Below, in pieces: positions 13,271 to 24,830 of a stretch of DNA of 57,629 nt; position 1 is the first letter of the stretch; each line of letters begins with the position of its first letter. The stretch is taken from NCBI GenBank assembly GCA_003427395.1, contig BFEA01000013.1, positions 5,177,236 to 5,234,864 of the forward strand, written 5' to 3'. Both the position numbers and the translations under genes were made by a program. The notes under the pieces are model-generated. The model searched no databases and was not told the DNA's origin. It saw only the letters and a list, made by a program, of their open reading frames with translations. The DNA comes from Chara braunii. Lineage: Eukaryota > Plantae > Charophyceae.

Positions 13271-14902
13271 ACCCCCCCCTACGGTTGCCGGAAGGACGAC
13301 AGCTACGGCGGCTATCGGGGGAACCTCACTCGTCTGTGCATCGGTACAAACATAAATCTGCAGTCAAATAATCAATAGCCCAGCGATGATTTCCAGAGTT
13401 CTAATCGGAATCGCTCCGATCGGCAATTATTCCAAATCATCACAATCATTATATCATCTCCACGTTTAATAGCACCATCACCTTCACCTTCTTCGCCACC
13501 TTCTTTACCATCGTTTAATAAGCTCAGAGAGGATAGACGGTGGGGCCGCAAGGCAGGGTTATGAGGTTAGCCCCCTGAGGAAGATCGGAGCGCAACCGAT
13601 CGAAACGCGTCGGGGACTGTGCGCGTAAGCTGAGATGAGTATGCACGGATTTGCAACGAAGAGTTTTCGATGCGTGTACGAAAGGCAGTTGGCCATTGTT
13701 TACCACTATTCTTTTTCTTCGTGGATGTTTGGTTATTAATAAACGCACGCGCGCCGCTCACACGATCATTCATCAAGAATTTACGTCATCAATACCGTCT
13801 TCCCCCGAATAGAATGCCCGATCATTGTAGTATTCGGGGAAAGACGGTAGTCGCTGATCGATTGAATCGATAGATCCAGTAATTAATCCCGCTCGTCCTT
13901 TTCTTACGTTGGTCGCTCATCATCCTGCCCACCACAATGGTTTCAAAACAACCCACCGTCCTGCCATTGCCATTGCCGTTCTTTCGATTACGTCACTCCT
14001 CCAGCCCTCCGCGTCCGTGCTCCTACCCCTCTGCCTTTCTTTCTCGCTCCCACATTTCCTTCCGACCCTTTTTCTTCCTGGCTTTCCATGGTGGTCAACG
14101 AAGAGGCGATGTCCACAACAGTTAATTTTGATCGCCTCACCGTTAGCCATTTGTGTCTTTCGATTCTGTCAATTCCCTCCTTGTTCCTATCATCCTCCTC
14201 TTCCCGCTTCCTCTTTTCCTCCACCTCTTCGCCTTTTTCCTCGTATTCCTTCTTCCCCTGTTCTTCGTCGTCCTCTCTCATCATCGTTGTATTTCGATTT
14301 CGTCAATTCTCCTTCCGCCTGACCTAGTCCTCTTCCTTCTCTTCGTCCTCTTTGCCATCTTCCTCCTTTCCCTCCTCTTGCTCTCCCGCCTCCTCTTCCC
14401 TTCCGCCTCCTCTTCCTCTTGCTCTTTCGCCGCCTCCTTTTCTTCCTGTTCTTCCATTGTCAACCCTCCGCATCCCTTACGTCTCGTTGTCTTTCGATTT
14501 CGTCACTTCTCCTTTCTTGTTGTCCTACTTTTCCTTCTCTTCGTCCTCTTCTTCCCTTGTCATCCTATTCTTCCTCTTCCGCCTCCTCCTCCTCTTCTTC
14601 CTTCTCATTCCCACTCCCAATTTTCGCCTACATTTTCCTCCCCGTTGGAGGGCCCTTTTCCATCCCCTCTTTCCCCTTAGGCTCACGTCAAAACGTGGCA
14701 TCGATCTTGAGAGGCTGCTTGAGTACGAAGCAAGGCGACGACGAGAGAACGCGCTGGGAGTAGCCAAGAGAGGGAAGGCGACGACTTAACTGCCCGGTGT
14801 AGAGGAGGAGACGCCAGTAGAGGAAAGCGGGGTGGAGAGATGTTGGGAAGCGTCAGAAACCGACATGTTATTTCACAGTAAATGAAAACTACACCTACGT
14901 AC

Positions 14903-14933
14903 TCTTTCGATCGCTCATCTCGAAGGAGCCCAT
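14903..14933 (-). CDS. GOT1: GOT1/Got1-like vesicle transport protein, coding exon 1 (MGSFEMSDRK+A)
   Basis: Reads ATG GGC TCC TTC GAG ATG AGC GAT CGA AAG A|GTacgt, matching the plant GOT1 N-terminus M.SFEM.DRKK. The spare A joins AA of exon 2 to give Lys. Confidence 0.88.
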
Positions 14934-15084
14934 TGCTGATCGCAATCGGGAAAAACAGAAGCAATCCCGACGGAGCAAGAACGCAGCTGCAGCCTACTTC
15001 CCAACCACAGTTGATGGATGAAGGAGACAAGGATCAATAATCAATTACCCACCACCACCACACCGCCCAGCCGGCACCAGAATG

Positions 15085-15127
<43 letters not shown>

Positions 15128-16248
15128 TTTTTTCTTTTTTTGAACCAGCGCCCGTCGCGCCTCGCCCGTCTCTTGCGTAACGCCCTGCCGTCGCCCTGCA
15201 ACTGCCTCCCACCGCCCTTTCCTCGTCACGTGTCTCGTTGTCACCTCCTCTCACAAGTCCTCGACGAGAACATGAAGCCGAAGTCCCGACTGCCGAACCG
15301 TCACGCAACCTCGCCTCCAACTTGCCTCCAATTGATTGACGGCAATGAGCATGACAATAACTGTTCTCGGCTCCCTCGCCTCACAAAGAGCCAAGTTCGT
15401 GGCATGAAAAGACGAAAGCTACTTCCTGTACTGGCTTCTTTGGCGCCCTCGCCTGGCCTCGTGGGCTTGAACGAATACGTTCTGCCCCAACCAAGTAGTA
15501 GTTTCCAGCACTGCTCTACACTCATGCGAAAAAAGCAAGAACCTGGGCAGTTTCAGAGCTCGATTCATGCTTTCCGACCACAAACACAGCAAGGGGGAAC
15601 CATTAACTGCGAAATTCCCCCGCGCAAGAAAGACTTCCACAGCAAGGGGGAACCATTAAACCACCAGTACCTCGCTCAGCTATTGAATCCGAGCCTGAAT
15701 TGCCCTGCGCGCCGAATTTTCCCGAGCCTATGTCGTTGCGTGAAAAAACGGGGTACCGGTACCGGTACCGCTCGTTGGCACTTCGGCCTGAGGGCAGGTC
15801 CATCTGAACGGACAACAGATGGACCTGTGTTGNGGCCGAATTGTTTTTTTTTTTTTTTTTTTTGGAAAGATTTGAAATATATTGCATAAAAGATTGGGAC
15901 GAGGCGGGGGACCTCACAATTCGACCCGGAGTTATCCTGGCAGCCTCAGCCAGTTTAGCTTACGAGCCAAGCTCGAAAAGGCACCAACTGTTCAAGATCT
16001 AACAACACTAACTGCTGGAAACCGGGTCCAGCGTCCCAAGCTATGTCCGAGCTCTTTCTGGGGACCTCACNNNNNNNNNNNNNNNNNNNNNNNNNNNNNN
16101 NNNNNNNNNNNNNNNNNNNNNNNNNNNNNNNNNNNNNNNNNNNNNNNNNNCTCAGCCAGTTTAGCTTACGAGCCAAGCTCAAAAAGGCACCAACTGTTCA
16201 AGATCTAACAACACTAACTGCTGGAAACCGGGTCCAGCGTCCCAAATT

Positions 16249-19064
16249 AGAGATATAGTTGCAACTAGAAGACCTTTCGATTCTTTTGACTCTAATTTGG
16301 CAGACTTACACCCCTTTTGGGACTGCCCGTTGAGACCAATTTCCGGCGCGATGTGTCAGTCCTTGGAAGACCTAATCACAGTTGAAGAAGTTACCCGTGC
16401 TGCACATCGTATGGCCAAGGGCAAGTGCCCTGGCCCGGATGGGCTGCCAATTGAGTTCTTCCTATCTTCGTGGGATTCCTTTGCTCAATTCTTTTGCGAT
16501 ATATTTAATGACACTCAATGTATGGGCTCTCTCCCAAAGGGGATGGTTAGTGATATGATCTCCTTGCTTTATAAAAAAGGGGACAAGCGGGAATTCTGTA
16601 ATTGGAGACCCATATCGGTTTTAAACGTGTCCTATAAATTGTTGGCTAAAGTGTTTGCACTTAGGTTGGCTGATATTCTCCCATAAGTGGTGGGGAGGGA
16701 GCAAGGCGCCTTTGTTAAAGGACGCTCGATTTTTGATAACATCCTCGCCACAATACAAGCTCTAGAGGTTTTAGCAAAAGATAAGAGAGAGGTGGCTATC
16801 ATAATGTTAGATATGGAAAAAGCCTATGATAAAGTGGGATGGGCCTTCGTTAATACTTCTCTCATTCGCCTAGGGTTTGGGAATCGCTTCAGAATTTGGG
16901 TTAAAGCAATGTATTCAAAGACAACAGCAACTGTGCTAGTAAATGGTCTCCAATCAGAGTCCTTTCCAATATCGCGTTCATTGCGTCAGGGCTGTCCCCT
17001 GGCTCCCTTGATTTTCGTCCTCCAATTGGAAGTGTTGCTGGCCAACATTAGGCACAACCCTCTAATAGAGGGATTGCGGCTTTCCCCCTCATTTCAGTGG
17101 AAAGGGGGTGCCATAGCAAACGATCTAACGGTGGCCTGTAGCAACTCCTCAGAGTCTTTTATGGAGCTACGAAGGGTCCTAGATGAATATTGTGTCTTGT
17201 CAGAAGCCTCAATAAACTGGGATAAATCGGTATTCTTCCTACCCCCATTGTTTGAACTATGTGTGGATTGGGGCCTGCGACGGGTGCCTGCTAATTCCTC
17301 AGACATATTTCTGGGTATACAAGTGTCTTTGCCTAATTGTGACAAAGTGCAGGATAATCTGCTGGTGGATAAGGTGTTGGCTCAAATTGCAGGTTGGGAA
17401 CGAAGGACCAGGCTCTCCCTATTTGGGAGGGCATTAGTGATCACTTCAGCAGCCTTTTCGTTACTCTGGTTTCCTCTGTCGATCCATTCCCTGGGAGACA
17501 CAGCTTACAAGGAAATAACGAAAGCAGCTACCAGATACATTTGAAAACCGGAGGCTTCCGATGACCAAGGGTTTATATCAAAAGTGGCATGGGAAGCTGT
17601 GGCGACCCCAAGGAAGAGAGGCGGACTGGGGATTTTAGACCCCCGACAGCAGAATACTGCACTGCTGGCTAAATGGTCAATCAAGGCTATGACTGCTTCA
17701 GAGTCAATGATTTGGAAGAATCTCGCAGAGTTCATTCTGGGGACGGAATGGGGCTTGCGAGACCACTCTAAGGTCTGGATTTGCTTAACGCTTCCTTCCT
17801 TCTGCAGTCGTAGACCGCAATCCAAAATATGGAGGAAGATAATAGCTGTCTGGAACAAAGTACGTCCTCGTAAGCAGTTGCCGCCTACGACGAAGCTGGA
17901 CGTTCTTAATCAAGTCTTTTTTTATAATCAGTTCATTCTACAACAAGATGGATCTTCTTTTTCAGCGATGGAGGGGGCGGGCAACTTTGGGGTAAACTGG
18001 ATAAAGAAAGGGGTAATGCAGGTCAAGGATATATGGGATCTCGAAGGATTCAAGTTCCTCGACATCTCCCACCTGCGAGAGCATCTTCCTCATCTCCGCA
18101 GAGTCCAAGCTCATTATAGTGCTATACAAGAAGTTATTCCGGCGGCCTGGGTCAACTTCCTCCAGCCGGGGGTGGAACATGCCTCTGACACTTGGCTTAT
18201 CAGGGAGGACCATCAGAACCAGGTGTTCAAGGTTCTGGGTCCGGATCTAGCCTTGGGTCTACGAGTGCAGAGGTGGAAACGGACCAGTGTAAATAAATTA
18301 GCTGGCGCTTTGGTACTGGATGAGGATAATTTCTGGCTGGAATCCACCGAGGATATGCAGGAGATCAGAGTTAATGGGCAAAACAACAGTAAGGGTCGAC
18401 CCTCTGCAGTCTTACTCGGCCCAGCACACAGCTTCGTGGTGGAACCGTTGTTACTGGGTTGGAAAGTAATGGAGCAGGCGAGGAAAATGCAGTTTTTGGC
18501 CCAATACCGCCCTAAGTTGGGGGTACAGGTCCTCCAGAAGCAGCTCCAGAAGACTCTGTTGGATCTGGCCTTGAAAAGAGCTGAATTTTATCAATTAACG
18601 GATGTCTCACAACGAAGTCTGAAACAATTGTGGCAAGCTCTCATTAAGTACCCACACCAGAAGCAAGCCAGTTTGATGTGGATACAATCGATGATGGTGA
18701 CTGCCACTGCAACATGGTTATCAACAAGAGGCTCCGATGTAATTGGGGCTAGGAAAGTATGTCTCATCTGTGGCTTTTCTGTCCGCTGGTTGTTTCTTTA
18801 CTGGCTTGGTGGAAACAACACTGGGTGGCAATGACCAAAGGAACCTTTGAGTGGTCAGAGGCTTGGATGCTCACGGGTATTCTTCCGACAGGTAAATGTT
18901 ACTCTTCAGGCTGGGGCTACGTGGCGCTGTGCTGCAGGGGGGCGGTAATGAAAGTTATCTGGTTAGCCCGGAATGCGAGGGTATTCAGAGGGGAAAAAGT
19001 CTCGATAATCCAACAACGGCGACATATTAAGCAAAATCTGAGAAGAACTATGCAGGCGGATTGA
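16249..19064 (+). pseudogene. LINE B ORF2 remnant (reverse transcriptase + C-terminal region)
   Basis: One frame broken by TAA at 16684-16686 and TGA at 17542-17544, with a frameshift near 18760. The catalytic xADD motif reads IAND, so it is probably inactive. Confidence 0.9.
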
Positions 19065-19455
19065 CAGAGAAGAAATACTTTCTGGTTTGGTAACACTTGG
19101 GCCTGTGGGAATGGATTGGCTACACTGAACACAGAGGGTCAGTTTTCTTATTGTACTTGGTTGAAAGACACTCATGACTGAGTGTACGTGACCTACAAGC
19201 AGGGGCCGTTTTGTAGGCTCTTACTTGTTCAAGTGTGTCAATGTGTCAATGTTTATTAAGTCTTTTTAGCTATCGATTGTTGGTAGATAGCGGCTGATAT
19301 GATATATGTATCAGAAGGTAGTTCAACGGGTAATCACATATTTTTTTTCAGGCTGTACGAATGGGGATGCACGATGAAACTTAGTTTCAACCTTCTCTTA
19401 CTGTGCTTCAAGGTCTATTTTAAGGAGTTAATCGTCATGAATTAGTTTGAGTGGT

Positions 19456-19530
19456 CTTGGGACGCTAGACCCGGTTTTCAGCAGGTTACTACTTGGTTCT
19501 CCGGGTAGAATAGTGAGGTCCCAGGCCTCG
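19456..19530 (+). ncRNA. Candidate structured RNA module in LINE 3' UTR (pseudoknot-capable)
   Basis: GGGAC-GCTAG-ACCCGG-TTT-TCAGC-AG...CT-CCGGGT-AGAATAGTGAG-GTCCC. Homologous minus-strand copies lie at 15908-16037 and 16061-16243. The structure is inferred by eye and untested. Confidence 0.5.
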
Positions 19531-19599
19531 ACCACTTTGTTGAATATAAAGTTACAACTTCTCAAAAAAAAAAAAAAAAAAAAAAAAAATCATTCTTGA

Positions 19600-22500
19600 A
19601 GCACAATTAAAAGGGACTGCACTGCAGTCAGAATATTACTTAACCAAAATGACTCTGTGACGCTCTGAATATTTGGGCCACTGAACCCTAAGAAGTGGGT
19701 TGCCCATAAAAATTAGCTCCTACTCCTACAGCCTGCCAACCTAGGCGGTGCCCGAACAGGAGAAGCTTATCCCCTGAAAGAGTGTATATGAAGCAACCGC
19801 AACAGACTGTCATTCTCCAACAGGTCTTTGCAAGCTTAGGAACGGACGGGGGATGGGCTGGTGCGCAGACCCAGGGAGCATGCACCTAGAACATAACGAG
19901 AGTTATGTCCCTATCTGTAGTCGGTGTCTTACTAACGCTCTGCCTTTGAACCTAGTAACCACGGGCCTAAAGGCCCTCGTTGGTGACTTTAGCCAATTTT
20001 TCCCCTCTCGCCCAGGCTTTACGGAACCACTGGGTACCATTTCCCTTGGCTTTTTTACATTTATACCAATCTACCCGGATTGCTCGCCGAATGTTCTCCT
20101 TTACCAGACCAATCTGTTTATGGATGCCTGTGTCTTCCTGTCGAAAGACCGGATGATGTCTGTTCTTCAGCAACAGTGCCCAGTGGGCTGGAATGGCCTC
20201 CTTTAGCCTCCCATAGTTAGCTTCAACATTATGTAACCTCGACAGTTTCTTTCTTAGCTCTGCAGTCGACATCCAGGAGCCCACGACCCCATCCCACAGA
20301 TCCTTGACTTGCAGGATACCTTTGATGATCCATGAAAGCCCAAAGGAGCCCGATGCTCCATCCGCAGCGAACGACACCCCGGACTCCTGTTTAATCCAAT
20401 CATTATCGAAAAGTATCCGGTTTCTCACTTCTATGCAGGTGGCTGGTTCCTTGATAGCTTGTGGTCTGAGCTTATTCCAAGCATATAGGATTTTTCTCCA
20501 GATTCTCGATTTTGGACGCTTTGAGGTAAAAGACTGCATTAGCATACACAACCACACTTGGGACCCTTGTAAGAGGTTTCATTCCTTACCCAGAATGTAC
20601 TCAGCGAAGCAACTCCATAACCTGGTCTTGCCTTCCTTCATACCCTGGCCATTTAGCCAGTAGCGCAAGATTCTGACGTTTTGGGTATAGGATCCCCAAC
20701 CCTCCCTGTTCCCTTGGAAGGGTTATGGATTCCCATTCTACCTTAGAGATAAACTTGTCCCCTTCGGCTGCCACTGGCTTCCAAATATACCTTAAACCAG
20801 TTCTCTTAATTTTAGAGTAGGCTTCATCACCTAGTAGATGAACTGTCAGCGGGAACCAAAGGATTGAAAAGGCCACAGAGGATAACACTAAAGCTCTGCC
20901 AAAAAGAGAGGGTTTGAAACTCTTCATCCATCCATTAATCCTGGCGGAGATCTTCTCACTGAGTATCATATCTTGTGCCTCCCCACTGTCCGCGAGCAAC
21001 ACCTGAACTCCCAAGAACCGCTCCGAGGTATCAGTCGGGACTTGTCTCAGACCCCAATCCACACAAAACTCAAATGGGGCAGGCAGGAAATACACCGACT
21101 TATTCCAATTTATCGAGGCCTCAGACAGATAACAATACTCATCCAATACAAAGCGTAGCTCCCTGAGAGTCTCAGAGGAGTTTTCAACTGCAATAGTAAG
21201 GTCGTCTGCTAGTGCCCCTCCCTTCCATTGAAGGAAGGGGGAAAGCGAAAGACCCTTAATTCTTGGGTTAGATCTAATATTATCCAGCAGCGTTTCCAGC
21301 TGAATCACAAATAGCAGCGGAGCAAGGGAGCAGCCTTGACGAAGGGAACGGGTCAATTTGAAATCACTAGACAATTTACCGTTTACAATTACCCTGGAGG
21401 CTGATTCAGCATACATTGCCTTTACCCAACTGCAAAAACCTTGGCCAAAGCCCAGGTTCCGTAGTGTCGTGAAGACAAAGGCCCAACCTACTTTATCATA
21501 GGCCTTCTCCGTATCCAATAATAGCACAACCACTTCTCGTTTTTCTTTGCTGATTTACCTCTAGGGCCTGTATTGTTGTGAGAATGTTTTCAAAAATTGA
21601 CCTCCCTTTCACGAAGGCGCCCTGTTCCCAGCCGATTAGACTGGGGAGGAGCTCAGCCAGCCTTAGGGCTAGGGCCTTAGCCAGAAGTTTGTAGACCACG
21701 TTCAGAACTGAAATCGGCCTATAGTTTCTTACCGATTTTTTATCACCCTTTTTATATAGAAGAGAAATAACACCCTGAGTGATACAGTTAGGTAGTGTCC
21801 CCGTCACCAAAGCCTTATTATACATTGATAGGAGAAAGGGACAGAATGCCTCCCACGTCTCTAAGAAGAGCTCTATTGGGAGTCCACCTATTCCATGGCA
21901 TTTGCCCAGAGCCATTTGTTTGGTTGCGTCCCAAAGCTCCGTTGCTGTAAGCGGTTCATCCAGCCATTTGCAGTCTGCTGGTGAGATTCTTTTAAGAGTT
22001 GACACGCAAAAATTTGAGTCTTCCGACAAGTCTGTTTCATGGGTATCAAACGTTCTCCGCATTGACACTATGTCCTGAAAGTACTCCATCGCGTACTTAT
22101 ACATTTGTTCCGTGGAGTTTGCCACATGAGCGTTCCATTCAAAGGGATGTACAAGTTCACGAATTGGAGGTCTACTTTGGTGCAAAATCAGAGATTTAAA
22201 TGTCATTTTTGTCATTCGATCATAGCCCATAATTCCTCTGATCCTGAGCCAGTCTAGCCAATGGGCCTGTTTCTGCGCCTCCAAGGCTTCCAGTTTTGCT
22301 AGGCTGACCCTCCTTTTTTATGACCAGTAGTAATCAGAGAAGGGATCACCTCCCATCTTACTTTCAGCGTCAGATACTTCCTTCGATAGACATTTTTCAG
22401 TCCATGATAGGTTGGCCGCCTTCATCCTAGAAAAGACTTTGAGGGCTGCTTGAATTATTCCCAGACCCACTTCCACCCACCTATCCTCATTGTCAAATAA

Positions 22501-23360
22501 AGTCTTTGCTTCCATCCACGAGGATATCTGGTCCCTTACCCAGTCAGGGATTCCTTTATCTTTCAATACAGATACATTCAGACGAAACGGAGGCCTATGC
22601 CTGTCAATTAAGTCCTTTGAAATAATATCCATTAAAACTGGGTAGTGGTCCGATAGTGAGGAAATAAAAAAATCAGACTAAATGCACCTTTCCCACATTG
22701 TTCCCCTTGCAAGGATAAAGTCCAGTCTTTTACGGGGCTCTGGGGTTGTGGGTGAGGGCTTCGGGCCGTACCAGGTGTATCCAATAAAGTCTGGGTTCAT
22801 TATTCTAAACACATCCGTCAAAGATTGTAATTCCATGAAGGCCGATAGCAATTCCGTATCTTTTCTCAGAGGAGATGGGGAGGGGGTATCTAGGCCAGGG
22901 TTCAGTACTGTATTCCAGTCTCTTGCATCAAGTTTTCCACGTCCGGTATATAGGCTGGAAACTCTGAGAAAAACTTGACTCGCTCCTTGTAGTCCACCGG
23001 AGCATAGACTGACATAATCGCCCAGTCTTCATGGTCTATAGCCAGCTTTACCCAGACCCAGAGGCCATCCCTGACTATGAAATGATCAATGACATCAACC
23101 TCTAGATTTTTGTCTATTAAAATACTAACTCCGTCTTTGGTCCCCTCTGCCGGGGACCAAAATTATGGGCCCTGCCACCAATTGTGTAAGTCCTTCATCC
23201 TATCAGCATGTAGCTTTGTCTCTTGAATGCAAAGGATTTGAACTGATTGATTATGGATCCAAGAACGCAGTCTTGAATTTTTGTTTCTTCCTGTTGTGTC
23301 TCCCATTCCTCTAAAATTTCAAGAAGCCAGACGGATCTTAGGCGGGAGGACCATTAACAT
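19600..23360 (-). pseudogene. LINE A ORF2 remnant (AP endonuclease + reverse transcriptase)
   Basis: The N-terminus reads MLMVLPPKIRLAS*NFRGMG...ILCIQETK, with SDHYPV near 22640 (APE motifs). RT motifs are NYRPISVLNVVYKLLAK, LDTEKAYDKV, LRQGCSLAPLLF and LADD. Several stops and frameshifts are present and the C-terminus is missing. Confidence 0.92.
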
Positions 23361-24688
23361 GGTCAAACCCACTTGTTTCTTGGATGCGGAGTGAGGGTAC
23401 GATAGGAGGTTGCACACACAGTGATCTCACGCTGTTCAGAAACTCCTCCGAGGAGAGGACATCCTGTGAGTTTGGCACAGATCCGGCCAGCCATCTTGCT
23501 ACCTCATTAGCAGTGAAATCTGCTGCCAGAGAAATGTCCAGATTGAGTCCTGGTCGGGTTTATTCAGATCTAACACTGGGATCCATTGGACTCGCACTAT
23601 GCTCCATTTACAGAAGTCATCGGTCATTGACACAATCCCTAGGAATACACAGTGTAAAGCTACCTTAGACCCTTCGGACTTGCATGCAATGTGACGACCC
23701 ATTTTAGGAAAGGGCAGAACGCCGCACTGGAATGCGTGGTCGACCACATGGGAGGATACCAATTCCTGGATTTGATCCTCTGTGGGAGGGGTTATTAGCC
23801 CGACTGACGGGAGTTCCAAAATTTCATTACTATTTTTCCACGTCATCAGTGAGAGGCCTTGTAATGATTCCGCTAAAATTAGCGGTACCAAGAATTGGGA
23901 AAGGAACCCTTCTTTTTATCCTCTCTGGTCAGGGATGTCATAGGCAACGCAGAAGAGAGTGACAACTTACTAGTTCTGCCATTGTGACCTCTTTTCCTTG
24001 ATCCCCCCACCCCTCCCTGGTCTTTTGCTCCCCTCTCGTCATACCCATTATTACCTTTGCAAATCCATTTATTATCGTTTGCACGCAGCACCTTGTCAGG
24101 GGAATGAAAGATTGGAGGGGGTTGGTTTCCCATCTCAAAGGAGAACTCAGGACAATTGGTAATTCCAGGAATAGAGAGTTCCAAACCTGGAGTCTCCTCG
24201 GAGGGAGTCTCCTCAACAAGTAGGACCTTGTTAAGATCCAAGTCGTTTTTCTGTTCACCCTGGAAGGTAAACGGGGGGGATGATCTCGGGACTGGTTGCG
24301 GATGAGTTTTCAACTGGGACTCAGTTCCCGTAGACGAGAAAAGCCGCAAGAGCCCAAGGTCCGGATCAGTTCCCACCAGGGGGTCTGATACAGGTTTGTT
24401 CCCTGTGCCTTCTCCCGTCTCGGATCCTGATGCGGATTTATCATTTTCCGCCTTCTCCCGCTTCTCCCTCTTCTCCTCTTGATTCAGACCCTCGCCCTTC
24501 GCCCCAACGGGTTCATCCATCACCACATCCTTCGATCCCAGATCCTCTCTCTCTCCCATTTTCCCCTTCTCTTGGAATTCATCTTTTTCCCTCACATCCT
24601 TTCCTTTCAACTGGGACTCAATTCCCGTAGACGAGGAAGGCCGCAAGAGCCCAAAGTCCGAATCAGTTCCCACCGGGGGGTCTGATCA
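23361..24688 (-). pseudogene. LINE A ORF1 C-terminal remnant (putative)
   Basis: Broken ORFs 23499-23891 and 23879-24673 lie directly upstream of ORF2 and inside the TSD. They include an ~80-bp direct repeat (~24308-24389 and ~24605-24686). Assigned by position only. Confidence 0.55.
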
Positions 24689-24760
24689 GGCCGAATTGTG
24701 ACGTGAACCACTTCGGTGTTTGTTGTTGTTTTGTTTTGTTTTGTTTTGTTTTGTTTTGTT

Positions 24761-24830
<70 letters not shown>

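Larger units (their letters stand above)
16246..19589 (+). mobile_element. L1/Tx1-like non-LTR retrotransposon 'LINE B', 5'-truncated, nested in LINE A
   Basis: RT motifs GKCPGPDGLPIEF, NWRPISVLNVSYKLLAK, QGAFVKGRSI, LDMEKAYDKV, LRQGCPLAPL and GGLG, plus poly(A) at 19564-19589. No TSD was found. Confidence 0.93.
15845..24688 (-). mobile_element. L1/Tx1-like non-LTR retrotransposon 'LINE A', 5'-truncated and decayed
   Basis: Poly(A) appears as poly-T from ~15844. TSD ggccgaattgt at 15834-15844 and 24689-24699. Contains an ORF1-like remnant and APE and RT remnants. Confidence 0.9.

Noticed and set aside
15656-15661. TA TSD with AACCACC termini (Tc1/mariner reading)
   Set aside because: This is formally compatible with one site, but both insertions have TTAA on both sides, which favours a TTAA target. 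Only two copies are available, so it is not fully excluded.
19456-19530. LINE 3' module as a hammerhead, HDV-like or twister ribozyme
   Set aside because: There is no CUGANGA core. The HDV helix order cannot be built, and the would-be catalytic C of CGAA is A in copy B. No twister consensus is present. Kept as an unclassified structure.
15845-19589. Twin-priming 5' inversion of a single LINE
   Set aside because: The plus-strand part has its own 3' UTR and poly(A) and is clearly diverged from the minus-strand ORF2, so two elements are involved.
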